Below are positions 21,855 through 31,694 of a DNA stretch of 64,000 bases, piece by piece (positions within the stretch are counted from its first letter, which is position 1; every line of letters begins with the position of its first letter). The position numbers and the translations under genes are program-made. The stretch is from positions 1,120,001 to 1,184,000 of the forward strand of contig CAWFKH010000003.1 of NCBI GenBank assembly GCA_963816355.1, in the 5' to 3' direction. The notes under the pieces are model-generated. The model was not told where the DNA came from, made no database searches, and worked only from the letters and a program-made list of their open reading frames with translations. This stretch comes from an uncultured Gemmatimonadales bacterium. Its GTDB lineage: Bacteria; Gemmatimonadota; Gemmatimonadetes; Longimicrobiales; RSA9.

Positions 21855-24217
21855 AGGATGCCGTCCATGTAGAAGGCGAGCCGCCAGCCGCGCGGCGCGC
21901 GCAGCGCGCGGGCCAGGTCGACGCGCAGCACGCCGTCGAGGAAGCTACCTCCGACACCCACCGAAAGCAGCGGCCTTCCCGTACCGAAATCAGCCTTGGG
22001 ACCGGCCCAGCCCGCGTCACCGAAAAGCGCGAGGCGGGCGGCCGGGAAATCGTTGGCGAGCTCGACGCGGCCGCGCCAGAAGGATGCGCCGCTGGCGACG
22101 GCGCCGGGATAGCCCCGGAGCGTGCCCGGTCCGCCGAGATACCAGAGCCGCTGGGTAGGCACGGTGCCGACGGTGGTGCCGGCGGCGGCCTCGACCGCGC
22201 CGAGCAGCGCGTGCCCGAGGGGCACGGCGGCGTAGGCGCGCAGCGATGGGCGCGAATAGGCGGCCGAGCCGCTTCCCGTGATGTAGCCGGTGGCCGTCTC
22301 GACCGAGAGGGTGCCGCCCCAGCGCAGGGCGGCGGCGTCGAGGCCGGCGTCGAAGCGCAGGTCGAGGTTCGCGCCGAGCAGGTCCGCGGTCTCGGCCGCG
22401 ACGTTCGGTCGGAAGCGCCGGCCGTCGTTGCCGACGTTGCGGAGGTTGAACTGCGTGCCGACGTCGGCGTTCGACTGATGCTCGGCGAAGAGGCGGACGT
22501 CGTAGCCGAAGGCACCGCGGCGAACCGGTGTGGCGGTGAGCTCCGCGCCGGCGGCGCGGAAGTAGTCGCCGTCGTCGAGGCCGAAGAGGAGCGCGTCGAT
22601 CGAGTTGCCCAGGCCGAACGGCCGGCTCTCCTCCTGCACCGCGTCGAGGCGGCGGTAGGCGCCCAGCCGATAGGCGCCGCGGACAGTCGTCCGGGAAAGT
22701 CCCAGCTCCACTTCCGGAACCGGGTCGGCGAGGCCGACGCGGGCGGTCAGGTCCGCCGCGGCGGCGCCGAGATCCTCCTCGACGCGCGCGCCGAGCGAAA
22801 GGCCCTCGATCCGATTGTAGCGTATCAGACCGGGAGCGTGCGGACCCCACGTGAAGCGCGGCGCGGCCGCCCGCAGCGGCGTTCCCGGCAACTGTTCGAC
22901 CGAGCGCGTCAGATCGGCGAGCTCCGACGGGGTGAAGAACGGGTCGCCGGCGTCGAAGATCGAGCCCGGCAGCTCGGGGCTGTGCAACAGCGCCTGCGTG
23001 TCCGCCGGCACGACGACGGCGTAGCTGCGACATTCGCCGTGGCGGCAGGTGCAGCGCAGCCCGTGGCCGCGCTCGCAGTCGGACTTCCAGGCGATGTCGG
23101 CGAGGTCGCCCCACTCGTCGCGCAGGGCGTCGGCGGCGGAGTCGGCTTCGGCGGCGGAGTCGGCTTCGGTGGCGGCGGCGGCGGTGGCGACGGAGTCGGC
23201 TCCGGCGGAGTCCGCGGCCGCGGAGTCGGCGGCGGCGATGACCGCGGCGAGGGGGATCTCACGCGTGGCGTCCGCGGGTGCGGCGCTTACGACGTAGCGC
23301 GAGTAGGCGCGTTCGTAGCGCATCGGGAAGTGCAGCAGGTGAGCCACCGAAGCGGTGGCGTCGATCGACATGAGACGCGGCAGCCACCAACGCAGGTTCC
23401 ACAGGCCGTACTCGACGGTGATCCAGCGGATCTCGGCGCGGATCGGCTTGAGGATTCCCGGGACTTCGCCCGCGTCGTCCCTGCCCGTGGAGTCGACGCG
23501 GGGCAGGTCTCGATCGAGGTCGAACTCCCGGGCCGGGCGGTAGATCGCGCGCACGACGTCGTACGTCGCGGCGTCCAGCCAGAAGGAGCCGCGCACCAGC
23601 TCGAAGTCGTTGCGGCGTGGCTGCACGCGCAGCTCGAGCAGCCGCACGCTGCGGCCGTCGGGAAGGCGGATCACGGTGGTGTCGCCGGAGGCGTAGCGGT
23701 AATCCTGCTCGGCGCCCGCGGCGAACGGATGGCGAGCGAATTCGCCCTGCTGCAAGCCGACGAGCAGCTCGTCCGAGGCGGGGTCGAAGAACTCCGCGCC
23801 GAGGTCGGAGTCGAGGTCCTCCGGCAGACGGATCCCCTTCAGCGCGATCGGGACCGCCTCGCGCGCGCCGAGCACGTCGATGCGGGTGGCCGCGTCGCGT
23901 CGCCAGTCGACGCGGGCGGCGACGTCGCGCCGGTAGACGAGGCGGTCGCGGAGAACGCTCTTGAAGCCGACCGAGATGCGCTCCTTGACCGTCACCTGGT
24001 AGGCGGTGATCGAGTCGTTGACGCCGACGCGCCGCTCGCGCGCATGGGCGAGGAGCGCGCGGGCGCCCGCATCCTCGAAGGTGTCCGGGGGCGCGGATTG
24101 CGCGGCGAGGCGCGGCGGACGGGCGGCGCACGCGAGCGCGAGCGTCGCGATCAGGAGGAGGTGCGCGGCGGCAGGGCGGCGACTCCGGGTCGTCACTGGA
24201 TGACGCGCTGCAGACAT
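21851..24217 (-). CDS. Outer-membrane protein with a large N-terminal domain and an Omp85/TamA-like C-terminal barrel
   Basis: Signal peptide, RYNRIEGLSLG, amphipathic beta strands, LGGPGTLRGY loop motif, FGDAGW. Confidence 0.7.
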   Translation of the reverse strand: MSAARHPVTTRSRRPAAAHLLLIATLALACAARPPRLAAQSAPPDTFEDAGARALLAHARERRVGVNDSITAYQVTVKERISVGFKSVLRDRLVYRRDVAARVDWRRDAATRIDVLGAREAVPIALKGIRLPEDLDSDLGAEFFDPASDELLVGLQQGEFARHPFAAGAEQDYRYASGDTTVIRLPDGRSVRLLELRVQPRRNDFELVRGSFWLDAATYDVVRAIYRPAREFDLDRDLPRVDSTGRDDAGEVPGILKPIRAEIRWITVEYGLWNLRWWLPRLMSIDATASVAHLLHFPMRYERAYSRYVVSAAPADATREIPLAAVIAAADSAAADSAGADSVATAAAATEADSAAEADSAADALRDEWGDLADIAWKSDCERGHGLRCTCRHGECRSYAVVVPADTQALLHSPELPGSIFDAGDPFFTPSELADLTRSVEQLPGTPLRAAAPRFTWGPHAPGLIRYNRIEGLSLGARVEEDLGAAAADLTARVGLADPVPEVELGLSRTTVRGAYRLGAYRRLDAVQEESRPFGLGNSIDALLFGLDDGDYFRAAGAELTATPVRRGAFGYDVRLFAEHQSNADVGTQFNLRNVGNDGRRFRPNVAAETADLLGANLDLRFDAGLDAAALRWGGTLSVETATGYITGSGSAAYSRPSLRAYAAVPLGHALLGAVEAAAGTTVGTVPTQRLWYLGGPGTLRGYPGAVASGASFWRGRVELANDFPAARLALFGDAGWAGPKADFGTGRPLLSVGVGGSFLDGVLRVDLARALRAPRGWRLAFYMDGIL
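23126..23237 (-). repeat. Low-complexity Ala-Asp-Ser repeat linker
   Basis: AADSAAADSAGADSVATAAAATEADSAAEADSAADA; 18-nt unit GCGGCGGAGTCGGCTTCG duplicated on the + strand. Confidence 0.75.
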
Positions 24218-24260
24218 TGGGCGTCCGGTTCGGCGGCGAAAGGCTCTCTGCGTTCCACCG

Positions 24261-24287
24261 TACGCCCCGGCCACGCGCGAGGTTTCC
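24261..24287 (-). promoter_or_regulatory. Candidate ECF-sigma promoter of the outer-membrane gene
   Basis: GGAAAC-N17-CGTA about 44 nt upstream of ATG 24217; resembles SigW/SigE-type AAC...CGT promoters. Confidence 0.5.
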
Positions 24288-24300
24288 GCGCCGACCGCTG

Positions 24301-24340
24301 CGTCAGCCGCCGGGCCGCCGCGTCAGCCGCCCGGCCGCCG
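24301..24340. repeat. 20-nt tandem duplication spanning the sdhB stop
   Basis: CGTCAGCCGCCGGGCCGCCG / CGTCAGCCGCCCGGCCGCCG (one mismatch). Confidence 0.75.
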
Positions 24341-25075
24341 GAAGCGGGCGCGCAGCAGGTCCCGATTCAGCCGCGCGATGTAGTCGATGCTGATCTGCTT
24401 CGGGCACGCGGCTTCGCACGCGCCGTGATTGCTGCAGTGGCCGAAGCGCTCGCCGTTCATCGCCGCGACCATGTCGACGGTGCGGCTGTCGCGCTCCGGC
24501 TGCCCCTGCGGCAGAAGGTTCAGGTGCGACGCCTTCGCCGCCGTGAAGAGCATCGCGGAGGCGTTCGGGCAGGAAGCGACGCAGGCGCCGCAGGCGATGC
24601 ACTCGGCGGCGTCGAAGGCGAGCTCGGCGGCGTCGCGGGGGACGAGGACCGCGTTCGCTTCCGGCGCGCTACCCGTGCGCACGGAGATGTAGCCGCCCGC
24701 CTGCACGATGCGGTCGAAGGCGCCACGATCGACCACGAGGTCCTTCACCACCGGGAACGCGTCGGCGCGCCAGGGCTCGATCCACAGCACGTCGCCGTCC
24801 TTGAAATGGCGCATATGGAGCTGACACACGGTCGTCCCCTGGAGCGGACCGTGCGCCTCGCCGTTGATCATGACGCCGCACATGCCGCAGATCCCCTCGC
24901 GACAATCGCTGTCGAAGGCGATCGGCTCGTCGCCGCGCTCGATCAACCGCTCGTTGACGACGTCGAGCACCTCGAGGAAGGACATGTGGCTGGTGATGTC
25001 GCGCGCCTCGTACTCGACGAAGCGGCCCTGCTCGCGCGGGCCCGCCTGCCTCCAGACGTGCAGGGTCAGGTCCAT
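24323..25075 (-). CDS. sdhB: Succinate dehydrogenase/fumarate reductase Fe-S subunit
   Basis: [34 protein letters not shown]. Confidence 0.95.
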   Translation of the reverse strand: MDLTLHVWRQAGPREQGRFVEYEARDITSHMSFLEVLDVVNERLIERGDEPIAFDSDCREGICGMCGVMINGEAHGPLQGTTVCQLHMRHFKDGDVLWIEPWRADAFPVVKDLVVDRGAFDRIVQAGGYISVRTGSAPEANAVLVPRDAAELAFDAAECIACGACVASCPNASAMLFTAAKASHLNLLPQGQPERDSRTVDMVAAMNGERFGHCSNHGACEAACPKQISIDYIARLNRDLLRARFRRPGG

Positions 25076-26988
25076 TACTTGTAGCTCCGCTGCGACGGTT
25101 TCACGTACTCGAACTCCAGCGGCTCGCGGTGGAGCCTCGGCGCATCGAGGTCGCCGGTGTATTCCCACACGGCGACGTGGGAGAAGCGGGCGTCGTCGCG
25201 CTGCGCCTCGCCCTCGGCGGTGGTGTGCTCGACACGGTAGTGGGCACCGGCCGACTCGTCGCGCTGCAGAGCATCGATGCAGAGCAGCTCCGCCAGCTCC
25301 ATGAAGTCGGCGACGCGGCCCGCCTTCTCGAGCGACTGGTTGAGCGTCTCGGCGCTTCCGGGCACGCGCACGTCGCGCCAGTACTCCTCGCGCAGCTTCG
25401 GAATCAGACCGAGCGCCGTGCGCAGCCCCTCCGCGCTGCGCGCCATGCCGCAGTACTCCCACATGATCGCGCCCAGCTCGCGGTGGAAGGAGTCGACGGT
25501 GCGGCTGCCGTCGATCTCGAGCAGCCGCCGCGTCGCGTCCGCGATGCCCCGCTTCGCTTCCTCGAACGCGGGATGGTGCGCGTCGACCGTATCCAGCTTC
25601 GACTGCGCGAGGTAGTCGCCGATCGTCATCGGGAGCACGAAATAGCCGTCGGCCAGGCCCTGCATCAGCGCGCTGGCGCCGAGGCGGTTCGCGCCGTGGT
25701 CGGAGAAGTTCGCCTCGCCGATCACGTGCAGGCCCGGCACCGTGCTCATCAGGTTGTAGTCCACCCACAGGCCGCCCATGGTGTAGTGCGGCGTCGGGTA
25801 GATCCGCATCGGGACCTCGTACGGATTCTCTCCGGTGATCCGTTCGTACATCTCGAAGAGGTTGCCGTAGCGATCTCCGATGACGTCGCGCCCGAGGCGG
25901 CGGATCGCGTCGCGGAAGTCGAGGTAGACGCCCACGCCGGTGGGACCGACGCCGCGGCCCTCGTCGACCACCTCCTTGGCGCGGCGGGAGGCGATGTCGC
26001 GCGGCGTCAGGTTGCCGAAGCTGGGATAGAGGCGCTCGAGGTAGTAGTCGCGCTCCGCGTCCGGGATCTGGTTCGGCGGCCGCGCATCGCCCTTCTCGAG
26101 CGGCACCCAGATACGACCGTCGTTGCGCAGCGACTCGCTCATCAGCGTGAGCTTCGACTGGTAGTCGCCGGCGGGCGGGATCGCCGTCGGGTGGATCTGG
26201 GTGTAGCACGGGTTGGCGAAGCCGGCGCCGCGCTTGTGCGCGCGCCAGATCGCGGTCGCGTTGCACCCCTTCGCGTTGGTCGACAGATAGAAGACATTGC
26301 TGTAGCCGCCGCTCGCGAGGACGACGGCGTCGCCGACCCACGCCTCGATCTCGCCGCTGATCAGGTCGCGGGTGACGATGCCGCGCGCGCGTCCGTCGAC
26401 GAGGACCAGGTCGAGCATCTCGTGGCGCGTGTACATGCGGACCTTGCCCGCCCGCACCTGCCGCTCGAGCGCCTGGTAGGCGCCGAGCAGAAGCTGCTGG
26501 CCGGTCTGGCCGCGGGCGTAGAAGGTGCGCGACACCTGCGCGCCGCCGAAGGAGCGGTTGGCGAGGTAGCCGCCATATTCGCGCGCGAACGGGACGCCCT
26601 GCGCGACCGCCTGGTCGATGATGTTCAGGCTGAGCTGCGCCAGCCGGTAGACGTTCGCCTCGCGCGAGCGGAAATCGCCGCCCTTCACCGTGTCGTAGAA
26701 GAGGCGGAAGACGCTGTCGCCGTCGTTCTGGTAGTTCTTGGCGGCGTTGATGCCGCCCTGCGCCGCGATGCTGTGGGCGCGGCGCGGGCTGTCCTGGAAG
26801 CAGAAGCAACTCACGTTGTAGCCGAGCTCGCCCATGGTCGCCGCGGCGGAGGCGCCGGCGAGGCCGGAGCCGACGACGATCACCTCGTATTTCCGCTTGT
26901 TGGCCGGGTTGACGAGCTTCATCTCGAAGCGGTGCCGATCCCACTTCTTTTCGATCGGCCCCGCGGGGATCCTGGAGTTCAGCTCCAT
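25075..26988 (-). CDS. sdhA: Succinate dehydrogenase/fumarate reductase flavoprotein
   Basis: [18 protein letters not shown] (FAD-His), QIHPT, HYTMGG, HGANRLG. Confidence 0.96.
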   Translation of the reverse strand: MELNSRIPAGPIEKKWDRHRFEMKLVNPANKRKYEVIVVGSGLAGASAAATMGELGYNVSCFCFQDSPRRAHSIAAQGGINAAKNYQNDGDSVFRLFYDTVKGGDFRSREANVYRLAQLSLNIIDQAVAQGVPFAREYGGYLANRSFGGAQVSRTFYARGQTGQQLLLGAYQALERQVRAGKVRMYTRHEMLDLVLVDGRARGIVTRDLISGEIEAWVGDAVVLASGGYSNVFYLSTNAKGCNATAIWRAHKRGAGFANPCYTQIHPTAIPPAGDYQSKLTLMSESLRNDGRIWVPLEKGDARPPNQIPDAERDYYLERLYPSFGNLTPRDIASRRAKEVVDEGRGVGPTGVGVYLDFRDAIRRLGRDVIGDRYGNLFEMYERITGENPYEVPMRIYPTPHYTMGGLWVDYNLMSTVPGLHVIGEANFSDHGANRLGASALMQGLADGYFVLPMTIGDYLAQSKLDTVDAHHPAFEEAKRGIADATRRLLEIDGSRTVDSFHRELGAIMWEYCGMARSAEGLRTALGLIPKLREEYWRDVRVPGSAETLNQSLEKAGRVADFMELAELLCIDALQRDESAGAHYRVEHTTAEGEAQRDDARFSHVAVWEYTGDLDAPRLHREPLEFEYVKPSQRSYK

Positions 26989-27010
26989 CGCGAGCGCGGT
27001 CTCCCTGTCC

Positions 27011-27688
27011 TCAGCCGACGACGCCCGTGAGCACCGCGAGCGGGATCGATGCGTAGCCGGCGGTGACGAGCGCGGCGACGACGAGGGCGAAAGGACGTCG
27101 AAAGCGGTTGTACTTCGGGTTGTTGAAGCCGAGCGTCTGGAAGGCGCTCCAGATGCCGTGGTAGAGGTGCAATCCGAGCGCGACGACGGCCGCGATGTAG
27201 AACGCGGCGACCCACCAGCGCTGGAAGGTGGCGACGACGTTGTGGTACGGGTCGCCGAACACGAAGCTCGGGTTCACCGTCCCCCACGTGAGGTCGAGCA
27301 GGTGCCACACGACGAAGAGGAAGAGGGTGATCCCGCCCCATTTCATCGTGCGGGATGCGGCGCTGAGCAGCTCGGGCGAGTACTTGCGGTAGCCGACGCT
27401 GCGGGCGGAGGCGTCCTGCCGCCAGAGCTGGAGGAAGGCGACAATGTGAAGGACGAGCGCCGCGATCAGGACGACGCGCACGATCCACAGCAGCTCCGAG
27501 CGGCCGAGGAGCGGAGAGCCGGCGGTGCGGAGGAACTCCGCGTAGTGGTTGTAGACGGCCGGGCCCTGGTAGATCTTCAGGTTCCCGAGCAGGTGGCCGA
27601 TGATGAATACGAACAGGAAGATGGCCGTCGTCGCCATCACGTACTTCTTCCCGATCGACGTGCGATAGAGCGAGATGGCCCGTCGCAT
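27011..27688 (-). CDS. sdhC: Succinate dehydrogenase cytochrome b558 subunit
   Basis: [30 protein letters not shown]; five hydrophobic segments with heme His. Confidence 0.92.
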   Translation of the reverse strand: MRRAISLYRTSIGKKYVMATTAIFLFVFIIGHLLGNLKIYQGPAVYNHYAEFLRTAGSPLLGRSELLWIVRVVLIAALVLHIVAFLQLWRQDASARSVGYRKYSPELLSAASRTMKWGGITLFLFVVWHLLDLTWGTVNPSFVFGDPYHNVVATFQRWWVAAFYIAAVVALGLHLYHGIWSAFQTLGFNNPKYNRFRRPFALVVAALVTAGYASIPLAVLTGVVG

Positions 27689-27732
27689 GTATCCCCGTGG
27701 CTCGACCCGGAAGGCGCGCCTTCCGTGCCGCC

Positions 27733-28659
27733 TCAGCCGATTGTGGTCAGCGTGGAGCGCACGGCATCGGCGCTACGCTCCAGCGCGGCGCGCTCGTCGT
27801 CGCTCAGCTCGACCTCGATGATCTGCTGGAGGCCGCCCGCACCGAGCTTGCACGGCACGCCCAGGTAGAGCCCCTCCATTCCGTACTCGCCCTCGAGATA
27901 GGCGGCGCACGGCAGAATGCGGCGCTTGTCGCGCACGATCGCCTCCGCCATCTGCACCGCCGCCGCCGCCGGCGCGTAGTACGCGCTGCCGGTCTTCAGG
28001 TAGCCGACGATCTCGGCGCCCCCCTTGCGGGTGCGCTCGATCAGCGCGTCGATGCGCTCGCGCGGCAGGAGCTGCGTGAGCGGGATCCCGCCGACGCTCG
28101 TCGCGCTCACCAGCGGCACCATGGTGTCGCCATGACCGCCCAGCACCAGCGCCTGGATGTCCTCGACGCTGACGTCCAGCTCCGAGGCGATGAAGGCACG
28201 GTAGCGGGCCGTGTCGAGGACACCCGCCATGCCGACCACCCGCTCCCGCGGGAAACCGGTGACGTCCTTCGCGACGTACGCCATCACGTCGAGCGGGTTG
28301 GACACCATGATCACCACCGCGTCCGGCGAGTTGCGGCGGATGTTCTCCGCCACCTCCCGCACGATGCCCGCGTTGGTGCGCAGAAGGTCGTCCCGGCTCA
28401 TGCCCGGCTTGCGCGCAATGCCGGCGGTGACGATGTAGATCGCCGAACCCTCCGCTTCGTCGTAGCCGTTGGAGCCGACGACGCGCGTATCGAAGCCTTC
28501 GATCGGGGCCGACTCCCACTGATCCAGCCCCTTCCCCTGCGGGATGCCCTCCGCAATGTCCACCATGACGACGTGGCGGGCCAGCTCGCGGCGCGCGAGG
28601 CCCTGCGCCGTCGTGGCGCCGACGTGACCGGCGCCGACCACCGTGATCTTGTCGACCAT
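27733..28659 (-). CDS. mdh: Malate dehydrogenase (LDH-like)
   Basis: [34 protein letters not shown]. Confidence 0.95.
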   Translation of the reverse strand: MVDKITVVGAGHVGATTAQGLARRELARHVVMVDIAEGIPQGKGLDQWESAPIEGFDTRVVGSNGYDEAEGSAIYIVTAGIARKPGMSRDDLLRTNAGIVREVAENIRRNSPDAVVIMVSNPLDVMAYVAKDVTGFPRERVVGMAGVLDTARYRAFIASELDVSVEDIQALVLGGHGDTMVPLVSATSVGGIPLTQLLPRERIDALIERTRKGGAEIVGYLKTGSAYYAPAAAAVQMAEAIVRDKRRILPCAAYLEGEYGMEGLYLGVPCKLGAGGLQQIIEVELSDDERAALERSADAVRSTLTTIG

Positions 28660-28702
28660 TGTCCGAATCCGTGCGTGCATGGAAAAGCGCTCCAGCCGCG
28701 GG

Positions 28703-28731
28703 AAGGTAGGAGCGCTGGGAGAAGGTGTCAA
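28703..28731 (-). promoter_or_regulatory. Sigma70-type promoter for mdh-sdhCAB
   Basis: TTGACA-N17-TACCTT. Confidence 0.75.
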
Positions 28732-28771
28732 CGCGAGAGAGTCGTGTCGTCGGGGGGAGTGGCCGCGCGCG

Positions 28772-29851
28772 TCAGCCGCCGACCTGCGAGAGCGCGAGGA
28801 GCCCGCCGGAGCCGGTCTGGCTGCCGCGCACCAGGTGGTGCCGCTCCGGCTTGATCGCCAGCGTCTGCCGCACGAGCGGCTCGAGCGGCCGGCCGGCGCG
28901 CAACGGGTCGCGGAGGTCCGTCTGGATGGAGCCGAACAGGCACGGCCGAAGCTGGCCATCGGCGGTGAGGCGCATGCGGTTGCAGCGGTCGCAGTAGTTG
29001 TGGCTCATCGGCGTGATGACGCCGACCGTGCCGGCGGCATCCGGCAGGCGGAAGTACGTTGCGGGGCCGTTGCCGGCCGGCCCCTCCACCGGCCGCAGCT
29101 CGCCGATGCCGCGCACCCGCTCGAGGATCTCCGGGGCCGGCACGTATTCCTCCGCCGAGATGCCGAGGTTCTCGCCGACCGGCATCACCTCGATGAAGCG
29201 CACGTGCCACGGCCGCTCCATCGTGATGCGGGCGAACGCTGCGATCTCGTCGTCGTTGCGGCCCCGCAGCACGACCGTGTTGATCTTGATCGGCTCGAAA
29301 CCGACACGCTCTGCGGCCGCGAGGCCTTCCATGATGCGCGCGTGCGCGCCCTCGCGCCGGGCAATCGCGTCGACGCGATCCGGCCGCAGCGAGTCGAGCG
29401 AGACGTTCACGCGGCGCACGCCGGCGTCGCGGAGCTCGTCGGCGAGCGGGGCCAGGAGCACGGCGTTGGTCGAGAGCGCGATGTCGTCGATCCCGTCGAT
29501 CGCCGAAAGCCGCCGGACGAGCGCCGGCAGGTCGCGCCGCACGAGCGGCTCCCCGCCGGTCAGCCGGATCCGGCGCAGCCCCATCCCGGCCATCGTGCGG
29601 ACGATCGCCTCGATCTCCTCGTAGCTGAGGATCTCGCTGCGGTGCAGCCACGGCAGCCCCTCCAGCGGCATGCAGTAGACGCAGCGGAGGTTGCACTTGT
29701 CGGTCACGGAGATGCGCAGGTACTCGATGCGGCGGCCGAAGCCGTCCCGCATTGCAGCGGCGGCGTCGACTTCCGCCTCGCCGCGCCGCCGCTCCAGCTC
29801 GCGCCGCGCATCCGACGCCGCCGCGAGGAGATCCACGGTCGGGCCGCTCAC
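28772..29851 (-). CDS. moaA: GTP 3',8-cyclase (radical SAM)
   Basis: [30 protein letters not shown]...C, C-terminal GG. Start is GTG 29851 (overlaps moaE stop) or ATG 29752. Confidence 0.95.
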   Translation of the reverse strand: MSGPTVDLLAAASDARRELERRRGEAEVDAAAAMRDGFGRRIEYLRISVTDKCNLRCVYCMPLEGLPWLHRSEILSYEEIEAIVRTMAGMGLRRIRLTGGEPLVRRDLPALVRRLSAIDGIDDIALSTNAVLLAPLADELRDAGVRRVNVSLDSLRPDRVDAIARREGAHARIMEGLAAAERVGFEPIKINTVVLRGRNDDEIAAFARITMERPWHVRFIEVMPVGENLGISAEEYVPAPEILERVRGIGELRPVEGPAGNGPATYFRLPDAAGTVGVITPMSHNYCDRCNRMRLTADGQLRPCLFGSIQTDLRDPLRAGRPLEPLVRQTLAIKPERHHLVRGSQTGSGGLLALSQVGG

Positions 29852-30366
29852 GACGCGCCTCCGCCGACCGCGCCGCCTCGAACCGCCGTCGCGGCGGCCG
29901 CGGGAGCCGCCTCCGCCGCGGGAGCCGGCTCCGCCGAAGGAGGCCGCTGACCGTCGAGCCAGCGCGAGGTGCCGTCGTCGTAATGCTCCTGCTTCCACAC
30001 CGGCAGACGCGTCTTGATCTCCTCGATGACGCGGCGGCAGGCGTCGAACGCCTCCGCGCGATGGGGCGCACCGACCGCGATCGCGACGCTCGCCTCTCCC
30101 ACCGCGAGCGTGCCGACGCGGTGCTCGACCGCGACGGAGAGCGCGCCCCTCGCCGCCGCCGCCGCATCCGCGACGATCGCGGCGAGCACGCGGTTCGCCA
30201 TCGGCGCGTAGGCGTCGTAGGTCATCGAGACGACGCGACCGCCGCGCCCCTCGTCGCGCACGACGCCGACGAAGAGGGCCGTCGCACCGTTGCCGGCGGC
30301 CGCGACTTCGGCGAGCAGGGCCTGGGGCCGCAGCGCGTGCGGCACGACCTCGCCGCGCACGCTCAT
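29848..30366 (-). CDS. moaE: Molybdopterin synthase catalytic subunit
   Basis: GATALFVGVVR, HRVGTL, PHRAEAF, PVWKQE. Confidence 0.93.
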   Translation of the reverse strand: MSVRGEVVPHALRPQALLAEVAAAGNGATALFVGVVRDEGRGGRVVSMTYDAYAPMANRVLAAIVADAAAAARGALSVAVEHRVGTLAVGEASVAIAVGAPHRAEAFDACRRVIEEIKTRLPVWKQEHYDDGTSRWLDGQRPPSAEPAPAAEAAPAAAATAVRGGAVGGGAS

Positions 30367-30617
30367 CCGCCGGCCACCGGCGGCAGCAGAGCCACCTCGT
30401 CGCCGTCGGCGAGCGCGTGAGCGAGCGAAGCGTACTCCTGGTTGACGGCGAGGACGGGCTCCGGCGGCAGCGCGGCGAGACGTCCCCCGTCGCGGCGGAG
30501 CCGGGCGACGAGGTCGGCGCCGGTGGCGCCGGCGGGAAGCGTCACGTCGCCCTCGGCCGTGCCGGCGAGGTCGCGGTAGTGGGCGAAGAAGAGGAGTCGG
30601 ACGCGGATCTCGTTCAT
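30363..30617 (-). CDS. moaD: Molybdopterin synthase sulfur carrier
   Basis: LFFA, AVNQEY, DGDEVALLPPVAGG terminus. Confidence 0.93.
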   Translation of the reverse strand: MNEIRVRLLFFAHYRDLAGTAEGDVTLPAGATGADLVARLRRDGGRLAALPPEPVLAVNQEYASLAHALADGDEVALLPPVAGG

Positions 30618-30623
30618 CGATGA

Positions 30624-30652
30624 ATGATGGACGAACCGCATGGCGGCGGCAA
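30624..30652 (-). promoter_or_regulatory. Sigma70-type promoter predicting a leaderless moaD mRNA
   Basis: TTGCCG-N17-CATCAT, 6 nt before ATG 30617; no SD. Confidence 0.55.
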
Positions 30653-30654
30653 CC

Positions 30655-31143
30655 TCAGGGGCGCGGCGGGCGGCCCTGCCGCAGGCGCATCACGCGGTCG
30701 TTAAAGCGAGCGCGCATGGCGAGGAACGCCGCGCGCTGGCGGGGCGAGAGGAGCGACCTCAGCTCGGCGTTCTCGTCGATCCAGATGCGCAGCTCCCGGC
30801 GACGCACATCGTCGACGCGGTCGAGCAGCCGCGAAAACTCCTCGTCCGTGGTACCGGGCGACTGCAGCGCGGCAGCGAGATCACGCCGGACCGCGAAGGA
30901 GGCGCGCGCGAGGTCGCGGCGGCGCGTCGCCGTGGTCTGGACGACCTGGCGAAGGCGCGCCTCGCGGGCACCATCGAGGCCGAGGTTGCGGGCGGCGGCG
31001 CCGACGAAGCGATCGAGCACCTGTGCCTCGAGCTGCTGCTGCCGCGGCCGCATCATCTGCGGCTGCTGTGCCGCGGCGGCGGCGGCGCCGCTGGCGGCCA
31101 GTGCGAAGAGGAGCGAGCCGGCGACGACGCGGGCGGTCCTCAT
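30655..31143 (-). CDS. Periplasmic Spy/CpxP- or metal-sensor-like helical protein
   Basis: Signal peptide ending AAA-Q, LGL...LRQ and LSPRQRA motifs; ATGA overlap with the anti-sigma gene. Confidence 0.7.
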   Translation of the reverse strand: MRTARVVAGSLLFALAASGAAAAAAQQPQMMRPRQQQLEAQVLDRFVGAAARNLGLDGAREARLRQVVQTTATRRRDLARASFAVRRDLAAALQSPGTTDEEFSRLLDRVDDVRRRELRIWIDENAELRSLLSPRQRAAFLAMRARFNDRVMRLRQGRPPRP

Positions 31144-31694
31144 GACTCGATCTCCGTCAGGAGCCTCTCGAGCTGGGCATCGGAGAGGTCGTCGAGGACG
31201 GCGGCGCCCGCCACGATCCCGCGCGACGCGGGCCACTCCGGCAGCGGCGCGGCCGCCGCCGCGTCGCCGGAGGCGAGACCGCCATCGGCGCCGACGATGT
31301 CCCCGGTCCCGGCCGTGCTCCGCCACACGACCACGCCGGCGAGTGCGGCCGCCGCGAGAGATGCGGGCAGGCCCCAGCGTCGAAGCCCGCGCCACGCACC
31401 GGCTCGCGGGACGCGCCGCGCGGACTTCGCGCCGGGCACGACCTCCAGGCGCGGGCAGACCGCCGGCCGCGCGCCGCGCAGCTCCGCCTCGAGTGCCGCG
31501 CGAACGCGGGTCGCGAGCGCGGCCGTCACCGCCGGCGCCCCCGCCTCCAGCGCGGCGACGATCTCCGCTTCGGCCCGGCAGCTCTCGCATGCTTCGAGGT
31601 GCCGCCGCAGGGCGCCGTCGACGCCGGCGTCGAGCCGCCCCGCCTCCGCATCCGGCAACAGGTCCCGCACCGCCTCGCACTCGATCGATCTCAT
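31140..31694 (-). CDS. Zinc-binding anti-sigma factor (zf-HC2) with one TM helix
   Basis: C...HLEACESC (HxxxCxxC), hydrophobic WGLPASLAAAALAGVVVW. Confidence 0.88.
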   Translation of the reverse strand: MRSIECEAVRDLLPDAEAGRLDAGVDGALRRHLEACESCRAEAEIVAALEAGAPAVTAALATRVRAALEAELRGARPAVCPRLEVVPGAKSARRVPRAGAWRGLRRWGLPASLAAAALAGVVVWRSTAGTGDIVGADGGLASGDAAAAAPLPEWPASRGIVAGAAVLDDLSDAQLERLLTEIES

